DNA of 58,765 bases, the filler included, from Sphacelaria rigidula (taxonomy: Eukaryota): NCBI GenBank assembly GCA_964200075.2. It is 7 parts of 7 records of this genome, joined end to end, with 100 filler letters (N's around TTAATTAATTAA, not from the genome) between each part and the next. Parts side by side here need not be neighbours in the genome. Positions count along the whole stretch, not along the records: positions 33,639 to 41,947 come from CAXNAA020011572.1; positions 42,048 to 50,356 come from CAXNAA020011573.1; 5 more parts are not named here. One strand, given 5' to 3'. Made by a program: the position numbers and the translations under genes. Position 1 is the stretch's first letter. Each line of letters starts with the position of its first letter. This document shows, in pieces, positions 37,373 through 49,808 of the stretch. The notes below the pieces were generated by a model, which was not told the DNA's origin, did no database searches, and saw nothing but the letters and a program-made list of their open reading frames with translations.

Positions 37373-39263
37373 CCTGCACACCCCGGGGATAACCCGAAAC
37401 AGAGCGAGTGTATACTTCTCGAAGTCGTCGACAACTGGGGCGACGGCGACCACGACGATCTTGACCAAGCCTGCCGATAGTTTTGCCGCCTTCCAAGAGA
37501 CCTTGTGTTTCAATGCAATGCTGCCTCTAGGAGTGCAGAGTCTTGCCTCTCGAGGAAACTGAGACACGAAAGATCGGCACCTGATGGGGGTGGTCTACGA
37601 CGTAACTGACCGATTAACGTGCGGTCCGACTGTCAGTTGTTCTGACTGTAGTTATATGCTTTTTCGTTTAGAAACAGCACTGAACTCAATGCCGTTTTTC
37701 TCACGCAGCGGTGACGGCGCGGTTGCGGCTGCTGTGGCGGCAAACTAGTGCTAGGATTCGCTAGATCTCCTTATGGGGATGCGTTGCATGACCTTTCGCG
37801 GGCAGTACTTTACTACCACATTGCTGTGAGGTGCAACGTTCTGCAGGGAGCAGTCGACGTCAGGCCTGTACGTGGTTAGCTTGTGTCCAATAACTTGGAG
37901 TATGGGTCTGGCTGGCTCTGGGCGTTTGGACATGAATCAATTTTCAACTTCCACTCTGCTGTATGGTTTATGGTTCCAATTTTTCGTGTCTGGGATCTTT
38001 ATTTCTTTGGAATGAGATACTGCGACATTTCACCCCAAACAACAGAAGTAAGAGTGTCATGTGCCCCACACAGGATTGAGTTTTGTTGAACCTAGAGAAA
38101 GTATGTTTGCGACAGGAGGAATGCGATGTAGATACCTAAGAAGACGGTGCACGCAGCACACCGCACATGATAGTGGCTGCTGTCGTGACCGACACACCAA
38201 CCAAAAGCTTTCGTGTGACTGACTTATCCCTCGCGCATACAACATTGCTCGATGTACCTTTAGAACACAACGGCAAAAAAAATGATTTGAGGGCTCTGGA
38301 AACTTCCGCAAGCCGCTTCTCCCACAACAAATAAAATAATAAACACGGAGTGAAAGTCATTTGTTGATTTTTGTGCCGCTATTGGCCGCTACTGAACGCC
38401 ACAACAAAGTGATCAAAACGGAAAACAGGCGGGCAGTACTAGTAGGCTTTATTGGACTATCGAGGCTCGACCAAACATTAAACCGGCGGCGAGGAACAGC
38501 ACTTGGTTGTAGAAGATATCTTGTCTTGGGTCGGTTTGAAACAGCAAAACCGCACAGCAAGACTTGCACTCTGGAAGCGTTCGGATTCCGGTTGTAATAA
38601 TACATTGACTGGGGTACTCACAACAACAGTATACAGAAAATAATTCAACACGTGCAACGCGCAACAGAATCAGATAGCAACATATGAACGACGGACGAGT
38701 TGACCATGGCCATCGCAACTTTCAAGTGTGGACAGAATACATGCAGCAGAGGCGACGCAAGTCCGTGACGCGCCCTGCTTTTGCACGGGAGGTAGATCTA
38801 CGTGGTGCGGCAGTGTTGTGTGTGCAGACTGTACCATACACTACAACGTAGTTGTGTACCTGTACAGTATTAGCATTTACAACCATCGGCGCACGGACGA
38901 TGATAGATTGTGTAGAAATTCAGTTGGTTGTGTTTCGCGCCAAAATAACACCAAGTTCATTATACGCGCAGGCACGGCAGTAGTAGTACTAGTTTGTGAT
39001 ATCTGAACCCAGGACAAGGTATTCATACTTGCACAGAGGACACAATACACTGCAATAATACTGGCTTCCGACAGGTATTCCAACACCACGAGTACGGACT
39101 AGAAACTGGTTTCGCTCGAAAAATTGAACCGCAGGATTTGACTATATAAATAATTTATTATTAATTGATTAATTCAATAAATAAGTTGAAGATTGTTTGA
39201 GGATCACCACAAGAAAAATATTACTGTAGTATATATGTTGATAAAAGGGGCAAAGACATGAAT

Positions 39264-39337
39264 GCGCTAGTGGTCTAGTTGGCTATGATTCCACCTTAGG
39301 GTGGTGGAGGTCGTGAGTTCAAATCTCACCTAGCGTC
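39264..39337 (+). tRNA. tRNA-Pro (anticodon AGG)
   Basis: Acceptor stem GCGCTAG/CTAGCGT, A box TGGTCTAGTTGG, anticodon arm CCACC-TTAGGGT-GGTGG and T arm GTGAG-TTCAAAT-CTCAC. An oligo-T Pol III terminator follows immediately. Confidence 0.93.
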
Positions 39338-39521
39338 TTTTTTCGCCCCTTTCCCGTGTCACATTTTCCCTCCTTGTGTTTTGTCTTGTACATCTTTGCT
39401 CCACGATATTTCTGCCTGCTTTTCTCACTGAATACCTCTATGATGCAGCAATTTTCCGATGTTATTAGTACACAGACACGACTGCACAACAGATTAAAAA
39501 AGCGAAGACAAAATCAAGGCA

Positions 39522-39686
39522 GGAATTTACTGCGCTCGGAAGTTCAACTTTTTATTACTCCACACGAGCCCGGCTTCACTTTGATTTTTTCCTGTGGTAT
39601 ATAGGGAATTTACCGCCCCTCGGAACTTCCACTTTTTACTACTACTGTACTCCACACGAGCCCGGCTTCACTTTAATTTTTTCCTG
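39522..39686. repeat. Tandem duplication, 2 x about 83 bp
   Basis: ggaatttac..c..tcggaa.ttc.acttttta...ctccacacgagcccggcttcacttt.atttttt occurs twice. Confidence 0.8.
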
Positions 39687-39949
39687 AAGAATATGCTACA
39701 TGCTGGTACATATACTGTTTGTGATAGATTTCCTTGCCGTACACAAGCGTAAGATTTAATGAAACAGCACTGTAGTTCAACACAATCCTCGCCCCCGTAC
39801 ACTACAGTTCGGGTTATAAGAGAACCACATGCTTTTCAAGGTCATCATGTTATACTTTGTTGAGAGCCATCGTAGGAACCATGATCACTGGTGTGGTGGT
39901 CAAATTGGCGAGTGATGCCGCGTTGATAGCGCTCCGCCCGCAAGAGGAC

Positions 39950-40420
39950 TTGAAAATGTGACGAAAAAATGGCCACACAGCGCATCGAGATGATGGGTGG
40001 TGGTTCCAGAAATCATATCTCCAGATCTATTTTGAAGAATGCAGAAGATATAGCTGGTATATCGGAAACCAGCTTCAAACACCTCAAGTGTAGATTTTGC
40101 CTCGGTCACTACCACACTTTTCTCTTGGGGGGGCGGGGGGCTACCGCTGCATCACTCCGGCCGACCCAAGTAGTAGTGTACTCATAATAAGTGGTTCGGA
40201 AGACATGATCATTTCCGCGTTTCGTCACTGCCTGGTGATTTCCCTTATTATCTCGAGAATATCCAGTTCAGTATATCAACCCCGCTCCCAATCCTCGATC
40301 ATGAAATACTCACCAGAATAAATTCAAATCTGCTGAAGACTTGCCGTTCGACGATATTTTTGAGCTTCGTAGAGGCCAACTTACTGTTCGCACTTTCGGG
40401 ATGACATGCACTTGCGTTCA
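39950..40420 (-). mobile_element. Degenerate PIF/Harbinger-like transposase remnant
   Basis: Minus-strand fragments ANSKLASTKLKNIVERQVFSRF and SYIFCILQN resemble the Harbinger motifs N..LS..R..VER.FG and ACCILHN. Many stops and frameshifts. Confidence 0.4.
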
Positions 40421-41047
40421 CTACTTACTTGAATCCCATATCTGCAGCCTTGTTGGAAGTAAAATTCTGCCTAGCTGAGTGGCGCTATACAGAAAATCCG
40501 TCGTACAGCTGCCGACGACACACACATCGGCCGTTCATTAGAGGGTGTCGGCGACACTTACTTGCACTTCGAGTACAAAACGCCGAGGGAGGGGAACAAC
40601 AACAGGGGGAAATGGTACACTCTATGCAACAATCGCTCATCCTTGACAAGTAACAACGATCATGCGGCATCACAATTCAAGTGAGATATTTTCGCTGAAT
40701 ACGCACAAGGCAAAAATATATAGTTTTAATGCCTCTTCTCCACTACTATAAATTTCCCCGGAACACACGCGCACGTCTCCTCCTGAGACAAGCACCTACA
40801 GGTGGGGGTGGGGGTGAACATCCGCCCCGAACGCCAACTATCTGAAAAACACCATTTCGTCACTATTATCGCATAATTTTTCGCCCGGAAACCTCGGAAT
40901 AACTTTCTTTGGCCTTCTTCCGCACAAACTCTTGACTTCGGACGCAGTCAAGATTCTTTCGTAAACAAGTCGGAATTCTTCGAAATCTCTGACTTCCTCA
41001 GGTATAGGTGTTTTTGCACATACCAGCTTGATAGTTCATCCGGAAGT

Positions 41048-41172
41048 CGAACTGCGTGCACTCCCAAAGCCAACCTGCGGCACACCCAAAGCCGAACTGT
41101 GTGCACACCTACAGCCAAACTGTGTGCACCCCTAAAGCCAAACTGCGTGCACTCCAAAGCAAAACTGCGTTC
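41048..41172. repeat. Minisatellite, about 6 x 21-22 bp (aactgcgtgcacNCCcaaagcc)
   Basis: Direct reading of the sequence. Confidence 0.85.
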
Positions 41173-44083
41173 ACAACAATCGAATAAGTGCGCCGGAATC
41201 CTTCGGGGAAAGTACAGCAGGTTATTCCGTGGTACTCACGGAGAAAAAAAACTGAACGACGAGCATCGAGACTTTGTTGGTGATAAACCACAAGAGGCGG
41301 CCTGACTTCCCACGGCTCACAACTGTGAGGTTTCAAAAAGATGTCCTATGTGCGAGAATAGAAGGCGGTACATCCACATACATACATTTATATATGGTCT
41401 ACAATCACGCATGCAGCAAGATCGACCAACCCGTCGGTACCGTCTCGTCTGCGCGTACATGCACACTCAAACCATCCCCGCGTGCCGTACCACACTTCGG
41501 AAACGAAAGAAACCACACACTTCTACTACACACAACACAACACACGTACTCGTCCGTACACGACCAACCTAAAACAAACCAGGGTGCTCGAGTGAGAGAC
41601 ATTTTCGTTCCCGCAGTTTCAGACTCAAGGCGGAACTACTAGTATATTTTCTGAGGGTCATGAAATGGGCCGAAAACTAACACTTGTCAAAGTGACGTCA
41701 TCCACGGGAGTAGTGTCACCGTCGAGAGGGTTCAACCCCGTTTGAGCGATGGATGACGACTCCCACGGGCACGGAATACCTTCAATACCTATTTGTGGTG
41801 CCTCAACAAACGATGGTTCTCGGGGAGAAAAAAAAAAAAGAAGAAATTCTACATGAGGGATACCACGATACGCCCCCCCCCCCCACGACCACGGAACGAA
41901 CCAAAAACCAACACACACCAAGCACGAGACACCAAGACCAACGCACANNNNNNNNNNNNNNNNNNNNNNNNNNNNNNNNNNNNNNNNNNNNTTAATTAAT
42001 TAANNNNNNNNNNNNNNNNNNNNNNNNNNNNNNNNNNNNNNNNNNNNCCCCCCCCTACCCCCTACTGTGGCTGTTTTTTTTTGCGGGGAAAAGGGGGGTG
42101 GGGGGGGTATCGTAGCATTGGTCCTTCATACTTTAAACCTGTCCCTTTCCTCGGGGCGAGTCCGTAGTCTACGGGGATTAACCCATCTCTCCCTCCCACT
42201 TTGGTATCGTAGAATCAACCAGCATTCCCACACCACGTCGATTCTCCCCGGATTTTGCTTTGCTACTGGTGCCCTGGCGCTGCGTACGAAGAACCTAGAT
42301 TCAGCTAGGAAAAACACGTTCGTGTCGGTATCCGAATTTTCAACGTCAGTCACTGCACTGTACACACCAAGGCACGTGTAACCCGTTTCTCTCTTGCGGC
42401 CCTTCTTGATTCACGGTTGGACGTCTTCTTGGGGCTACGCTAACCCTTTCGATTGCTTCTGCAGCGACTCTCCAATAAGGTAGTCTGGATGCTTCAGTGG
42501 TCAAAGCCGTCGGCATGTTACACCCGAGCAAATGTACAAGTAGTAGTCTGGTATGGCGATTCTGCCCCCCACGTTCATCACCGAGCATGGTTTCTTGGAT
42601 ACATGTAGGTTCTCTGGTGATCAGCAGTGACATAGCAATGAGCCAGATCCCCTTGTAGACCTAAATCGGCAAGACTTGCAGGTTGCGACACCTGGGAATT
42701 ATATCTCTCTTTCTCAGGCGTATTCGGAACACCGTCTTTCAATAAAGACAGCAGTGGTTCTCTTTACGCCTCCCCTCCGCTTCTTTACTCCCATTGATTC
42801 GAAACATGTTTTCTCAAGAGTAGCTGGCAGAGCCCTTGTATGCGCAGGAGCGAATGTCGGCGTACAATATAGTGAGAGCCGACCCCTCCAGCAACGAAGT
42901 CCACCTCATGGTTGTGTGGGTCACAGACGACAACCATCCGGCTACACTGTTGTGACAAATGTGTCTCGGTAGGCGGGTCGATTAGACAAGGGATCTCACG
43001 GCGAACGAATGTTGGTCCATTTCTTGTTTTTAAGTGGTGATTTATGTACGAAGGCTCTCGAGCTTTGCCCCACTCAAGGGCTATCTCTCCTCATGCAACA
43101 AGCTGGCGCACCATTGCCGTACGATCGCCAAGCATCCACCACGAAGAATCAAACCATTTTTTCTTGTTGGGAATCGATACCGATTTAACTTATCGACGGT
43201 CTTATTCGCCAAAGGTTTTGCGCTCTTGACACTCTCCTGGGAAATCGTGATTATTTGACACATATCAATCAAACGAACGGTCCAAAGCGCGCGATGGAAG
43301 TGCATCCGAGGCTTGTAGGGGCCACCGAAGGAGCCGATTTCGATCACTGTGCGTATTCGAACGAACCTCGAGTTTTTTTTTCTCGCCACACTTCGAACCC
43401 CTCTCCTTCCTCGAGACGAGTCCGTGGTCTCAAGGGATCAGCCCATCGTTACACACCGATGCTATATCAAGAAAGTTGGGGAGGGGGAAGGGGGGAGGGA
43501 ATGATGGACAATAATTGGCAATACCGACATTGCTACAACAAATCCTTACAGCCCAACCTTGGCCCCTCGTGTGGGATCTTTACCGCATGAGGCAATCTCC
43601 CTGTCACGTAAGCTCCTGTATGACGACCCGTGGATTGTAAAACTGATCCTCCCCGAACAACAGCGCACGTAAGTTATGCATTTTTGCTTTTAGTCGGGGT
43701 TCTTCATACACGTGGAATCGATGGCATTTTTCCACCGTGGATATTGACGAGTAACCGACCACGTGGTGGGGTAGGGTTCAAGGCTCCTCCTCCTTTCATA
43801 GCCTACCGAGAGACCTGCCAGAGAGTTACAAACGTCGTACCATATCTTTCTGTCACTTCTTTGGAAATGCTGGTGGCGTTTGTCGAGGATATACGCCGAG
43901 GGTGTGTCCGTCGAGTGCACATAGACATGGATCGACGTATGCTTCTTTGTTGTTGTCGTTCTCGAAATCCTTACTCCTGTTCTCGGGGAAACACAACGAA
44001 CGTTGTTTTTACCGAGCTAAAATCCTGGTGACCCGGTCTACATTGATTTGACAACGTGTCTAAGTTTTGGTTCGTCCTTTCAG

Positions 44084-47000
44084 GGGAATACGACGGAGTT
44101 GTCCACGCCGTGGGAATGCTATTCGCGGGAAGCCTCAACCGGTTCGCTAGCGGCTCGGGGTCCGTCCCCGACCCGGGCACGACGTACGATAAGATCACTC
44201 GACAGACTGCCTTCGCGGCAACTGCTGCGCTCAATGATCTTGCCCAAGCCGACGGCGGGGCGAAGGTGATCTACTCTCCGTTCACGCTTTATACTCACTA
44301 TTCTAGGTGCACTTGGTATTTTTTTCGTTTGCTGAATGTTACAAGATCATGAAGGATGACCTCGGATGCGAAATGGTGCAGTTTAGCGTTTACAAGTCTT
44401 CAAGAACGCCTACGAAGAAGGCAACTTGCGATGTCACACGGGTTAGGCACGAATATCTACGGCCTCATTCCTCTTTCATCTTTGGCATGATGTTGCGTGT
44501 GTTGACATGTACAGTTCCTTCGTTATACTTACTGCGAATCCTTGCCCTTCTCAATTTGACCCTTTCGTTGGCACGCTGGAGTCTGGGTACAGTGTCGTTC
44601 GATCCTCTGCATGCTGGCTAAAGGCCATTTTACGGACCTGCCCTTCGTGCATTTTACCGTATAGTAGTCAGCATCAGAAGTTTTCAGAATCCGTAGTTGC
44701 TGTAGATTTTTTACTTTTTCTCGAGTACTATTCTTCATTCCTACTTGAAAGTGCTAGCGCCGGTAGATTTAGGGAGAAAGCGTAGGCCGCGCTCAAACTG
44801 CATTGCCCAAATTGATGTTTTTGGGGCGATACGGACTAGATATCCCGGTTATCAGGAGGGTGAAATTGACTGTTTTTGGTCCAATAAAAGCAGTTTTCCG
44901 GCTCTTCCGCGACGAAACGGTATATATTCAGATGAATGAATATGCATACAGTTCTTCACAATAGCGATCGAGATCGTGTTTCCCTCCTATACTGCACAGA
45001 GCTCAGTCTAGCATTTTCTGCGGATGGCCTATTTTCGTTTTTTTTCACACAACATTTTCCATGAGGACTCGAAAGCGCTAGCGTCGATATTTCCGGCAAA
45101 ATAAGCAGACCGCGCTCAAATTAGAATGTCCAAGTTGGTGTTGTGGGGGCGATACGGAATAAATACTCCGTTTATCAGGAGGGTGTTATTGACCGTAAAT
45201 TGTCCAAGAAACATGGTTTTCCGGCTTTAGCGCAGTGAAAAGGTGGAATTTTAAAAAAACGATCCTTTTTTGAGCCTTCATTTATATAATCCGGATCGAG
45301 TCGGTCCACCGAAAATACCGCAAAGCTAGAACCTGGGGTTGCACTTCCGCAGGACCCCCGAAGATCGGTCAAGCCCGTAAGTCACTCAATCTTGATCGCA
45401 GATACTTTTTCTTTCAATATATGTCGACAGGACGAAAATTTCCCTCGATGCCCATTTTTTGGCATCCAACAGTCCCTTTGATGAGCGGTGGCAAGCGAAA
45501 CAAATTCGGAAACTCTTTGTGAAACTAAGAAATTACGAATTCTGCATACTTCTGACGCTGACTACTGTACTCAATTACACTGTACTATTTTCAAGGAATG
45601 TCCTTAGGACAACTGTTTTCTTTATACATCCTGAAATCACAGGTGGAGACCATGACTGTACAAAAGAGGGCGAACCAAAAATGTTTGCAAATGAAGCGAT
45701 GTGCTTGACCCGCCTGCGATGACCCCCTTCGGTGTGCGCAGAGACCGTTCGTGTTCATCTCCGCAGCGGAGGCACGGTGGAGTTTCGATAGTGTATTCGA
45801 GGGCACACCCGTAGGGTGGCTGCACGACTATCTCATCGCCAAACGAGCGGCGGAAGATGAGGTGAGTAGATTTTCCCTGGGACGGCTCTTATGTCGGTAC
45901 TGCCGAAGCACCGGACGGCCCGCAGCCTATCAGAGCACGTGTACCGTCGGCAACGGGTCATAGCCCCCCCCCCCCTGTACTCTGTAGACACGTTGCTGAA
46001 TCTCGGTGTGCTCCGACACTGCGGCAGCTGCGCCGCTGATTGTTTCGTGTCGACGGAAATACCTTGTATTTTTTTTTTTACCCACAGTATCTCGGGAAGA
46101 GAGATAATCTTATTTCTCGAGGTTATCGAGGTTGCGACACTTCGTCATGCTCCATCGGGTACAAAATTGGCGCAGGTGGTAGTGGTGGCATCTCGTTCAG
46201 TTCCCGCTGAGGGTCGGTGAAATGTACAGCGTGATCGAGTGCCCGTCGATTTCCTTGAACTTGACCAGATGGTTTTATTTCTTTGTTGCCGTGCTTCGTC
46301 GCCATGATTTGCTGAGACCTTCCCTACCGCTAATGAGATCGGGACCTGTTCAGCCTTTGCGTACTGAATGATTCTCACATGCGGGGGCAAGTGGTACTGC
46401 GATTCGAAATCAATCATCACCTAGCAGACGAACTCTTGAGGAACAAGTTGATCAGCCGGAAAACTAAACGTTTTTCGGAGTTCAGCCTCCTTGAAATATG
46501 ACCGCGACACCTTTGGTATTTCCACAGAAGCAAATACCTGGGGAGTATGTCGATAAAAAACTCCCCATCAACCATGGTCATGGCATCTTGGATATATGCA
46601 AAGGATTAAGCGTCTCTGGACTAATGCGTATCATCCTGTTGCAAGCGTATGCTTTCCCCCATCTACAATTTTGTAAACACCGAGTGTTTTGCTTGTTAGT
46701 CGAAGGGGAGCAAAAATCGACTGAAGATGGTAACGCGTGCCAGTACTGACCACTGAACCACCGTGTATGGCACCGTTTCCTTCGATTACACTTCATGAAG
46801 TACAGCTTCTAAACAACAAGCCTGCCCTGAGAGGGGTGGTGTTGCGGCCTAGCCTGGTGTGGACCAAGAGCCGGCCGGGTTCACTCCTTCCAGTCGCCGC
46901 TTTCCAGCTTGGCAGGTGACCAACCAGATGCAATTATTTTCCTTTGTTGAGGCACAGAGTTTCGTCGCCATGCGATCTTCTAGTTTCGTGTTTTGATATC

Positions 47001-48760
47001 CAACAGGTTGCTGTTAACCCAGTTTGTAACACTCACCCTGAAAAAACGGTTGCTGCGATGCAGTATATTAACAGTAATTATTGCAAATTGGTATCCAATG
47101 CTTGACTCATTCTTCTGTCTTCAAAGGGTGCAGTATCAATCAGTTTCGCCCCCCCCCCGCGCCCTCTTTGGTCTGACGAGGTCAGAAATCTTAACATTGG
47201 TTGAAAACCACCGTTACAGCAGTATGAAAGCCTCTGCAAGCATCTGTATTAGCTCACTCGAGGTACAGACAGCTGGTGACGGAGCTTGATCCTTTCCTAT
47301 ACCGCCCCTTAGTGTGCCATGCTGTATCCAAGTATCTCCGAAAGTCAGTCACCTCAATGCTGTCTTTTTTGTCACCTCATCAGATTGATCGTCCTGACTC
47401 GCGGTCAACTCGAACCTATATTTCGAAATCATTCTACCTCCCTGCTCCTAGTCATCCCAGTACCATACTCCCAGAGGTGTATCGCGTCTTGCAGCCTAGT
47501 TACTAGGATTGAGATCCCCCCCCTTTAACCAAGTTTGGCTTTATATCCCTTTTTTGGGTGTGGTTCATGTGTCACCCACCCCCTGGTGTTATGATGGACT
47601 GCATCTGACAGTTAGTCCATTTCGCTTGTACCGGGCACCAAATGATCGCCTGCTGATGTCCACGCTCATCTTTCGTGTGCGAGGCAGGTACAAATGAATA
47701 AATGCCGCGATAGCCCCCCCAGAAAAGTGGCTGGTGTGAGGAGGCAAAATCTACATGTGAATCAAAATGACAAAATCCGAGCACAGCGATAATCTCACAA
47801 CTCCCACGGTAGGGATCGTCTTCGCCGATGTAGCCGAAATGAGGCACTTCATGCAGTCTGGCACCAGCCACCATGCAACGTACGGCGAAGAAGATGTCAG
47901 TACTGTACGCGCGAAGCAAGAAGCACATTACGAGGAAGTCTTGTTCCAGGGCCGTGTTTTACAGGTTGTGCGGAAGACGTGCGGGAACTTGAGAACGAGG
48001 GCATCATCTTCAACCCTAATATTTGCCTTAACCTTCATTGGATACCCTCGCTTGCTTGTGGTTGCAGTGTTCATATGCGACGCGTCCTTGGTACAGCTGC
48101 TTGCATGCCCTTCGACATGAGCGCGTTTTCGTTTTTTGTTGTTGTTGTTGCAATTATCTTTGAACAGTACACGTGCGCCGCCTGTATTTGTTTCCGTGCA
48201 CAAACTTGTGTAGTCGTTTGAAAAAAAACTGATTGTCTAATGAACCTTTTTCATACCCTCCGCCTTTCCAGAACGATTCAGTGCTGTCCCCACTTGACGG
48301 GTATCCCTTTTGAGGCGCGTCCCCACTCCGGTGTTTAGCATTGGCTTTCGCCATTTCTCCCCTAACAGAGGTACGGCCCAATGCACTCCTAAGCTGAGCC
48401 CCACTACAAGGCGGTCAATTTTTTCTTGTACTGTATCGCCTTACAGTGGCGCCCCCTCTCTAGAGATGATTTTGTTGTCGCCACGCCCTCAAAGTGTGAA
48501 ACGCTGAGCCCTTCCTCCCATCCTGGCCATCCCTCGGAACTCGATGCATGCTGTCGGTACATTACAGTCGACTAGGATTGCCGGGCATCGATAGGCCTGT
48601 TCACGTCGAAACCTTGGCCACGGCTGCCGTAGAGGGCTTGCTCAACTCTAGCGTAGTCGGAGTGCAGAACTGGGAGAGAATGGAGCAGCTATACAAGAGG
48701 CATCAGGAGCATGGTGGCGGGTCCGGGCGGGCTTCCAATATGATGAATCGGGAGCTTTAA
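44084..48760 (+). CDS. Atypical short-chain dehydrogenase / NAD(P)-binding Rossmann protein (COQ11/At1g32220-like), 5'-partial; exons 44084-44265, 45742-45861, 46806-46915, 48568-48760
   Basis: Spliced translation YDGVVHAVGML..TYDKIT..|RPFVFISAA..DYLIAKRAAEDE|LL..LRGVVLRPSLVW..|..IDRPVHVETLATAAV..MEQL..stop includes a YxxxK motif. All junctions are GT-AG with matching phases. Confidence 0.85.
44745..45250. repeat. Diverged direct repeats (about 180 bp at 44745 and 45070)
   Basis: gaaag.gctagcg...ccgcgctcaaa...ggggcgatacgga...ttatcaggagggtg occurs twice. Confidence 0.7.
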
Positions 48761-49808
48761 CCCTTTTGGGACCGGGCCTCCAGAACGACCAATGAGGCTG
48801 GTCAGGAATGACGTGTCTGGCGTCTGCACGAAACAGTGGCGCGTTGCTGAAACTCCGCATATGTAACCGCAGGGTTGTTATGACGAAGACCGGAAGTTTC
48901 ATCCAATCTATTTTCAGGTGCAGGGTACGCATTAGGTGGTGTGCATCTGATGTAGCAAGGAGTATGAGTCGTGGTAAAGAGCTTGCAACAGGATGCGGCG
49001 ACCGGCGGGCCGCCCACCACTTGTGGCTTTGGATGATACTTTTGTCCTCATCACCTTACCACACAGCCCTTTGTGGTCGGGGTGGGCCGCCATTTCCCTC
49101 CTTGTTGCATGCGGCAAATTCTCTTCGAAGAGTATCAGCGTTGCGGCGCGCATGCATACAACAGTATAGTATAGTATAGTACAGTACAGTGTAGTACGCC
49201 TCTCCGACTGAAAGCAGCAGCTGCCGCTGCATACTCCCTTGCACGTTCTCGGCAATTCTCAGCTACCGAAATCAGAAGCCTATAAACAGCTTTGTCATCC
49301 CCGTCCACTACATACATGTGGACTGCACACTGCAAGTCATTGGCAGAGGTATACGCAGAATTCATTACGGTAGCTCCTGTTGTCTTTCCACAGCCCACGT
49401 GGATTTTGTGCCTCGTGAAAATGACCACATGACCACATGGTAGCATGTGCACTCGTTCCCGTTTTTTTTCGGTCCACCCTGTGTTGGTGTAAATTACTAC
49501 GTTTCAGTATAGAATTGCGACCCAAAAAACTCTCCGGAAAAACTCGGGAACGGTATACTGAGGGCAAGTAATACCATAAAACCAAGCTGCGACCACCCTG
49601 CACTTGAAAAACTGGGGAGGCTTATCTGGGGCCCCACACGATCTTTGCAGTGGCATTACACTCGACAACATTCCCCGCGCTGATCGTTCGGATCTGGTCG
49701 ATAAATTTTGCCTCGTCGTGATCGAGCAGGTCGCTAGAAGACATATTATTTGTTATTTCACTAACACAGGGTCAACCGTGTGTTAGTGGTGGTCCGGTCC
49801 CAAAAGGG
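48761..49808 (-). mobile_element. Non-autonomous piggyBac element (1048 bp) with a TTAA TSD
   Basis: TTAA|CCCTTTTGGGACCGGGCC ... GGTCCGGTCCCAAAAGGG|TTAA. A minus-strand Cys-rich remnant (CGKTT / SYRNEFCVYLC, about 49330-49420) resembles the piggyBac C-terminal domain. Confidence 0.9.
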
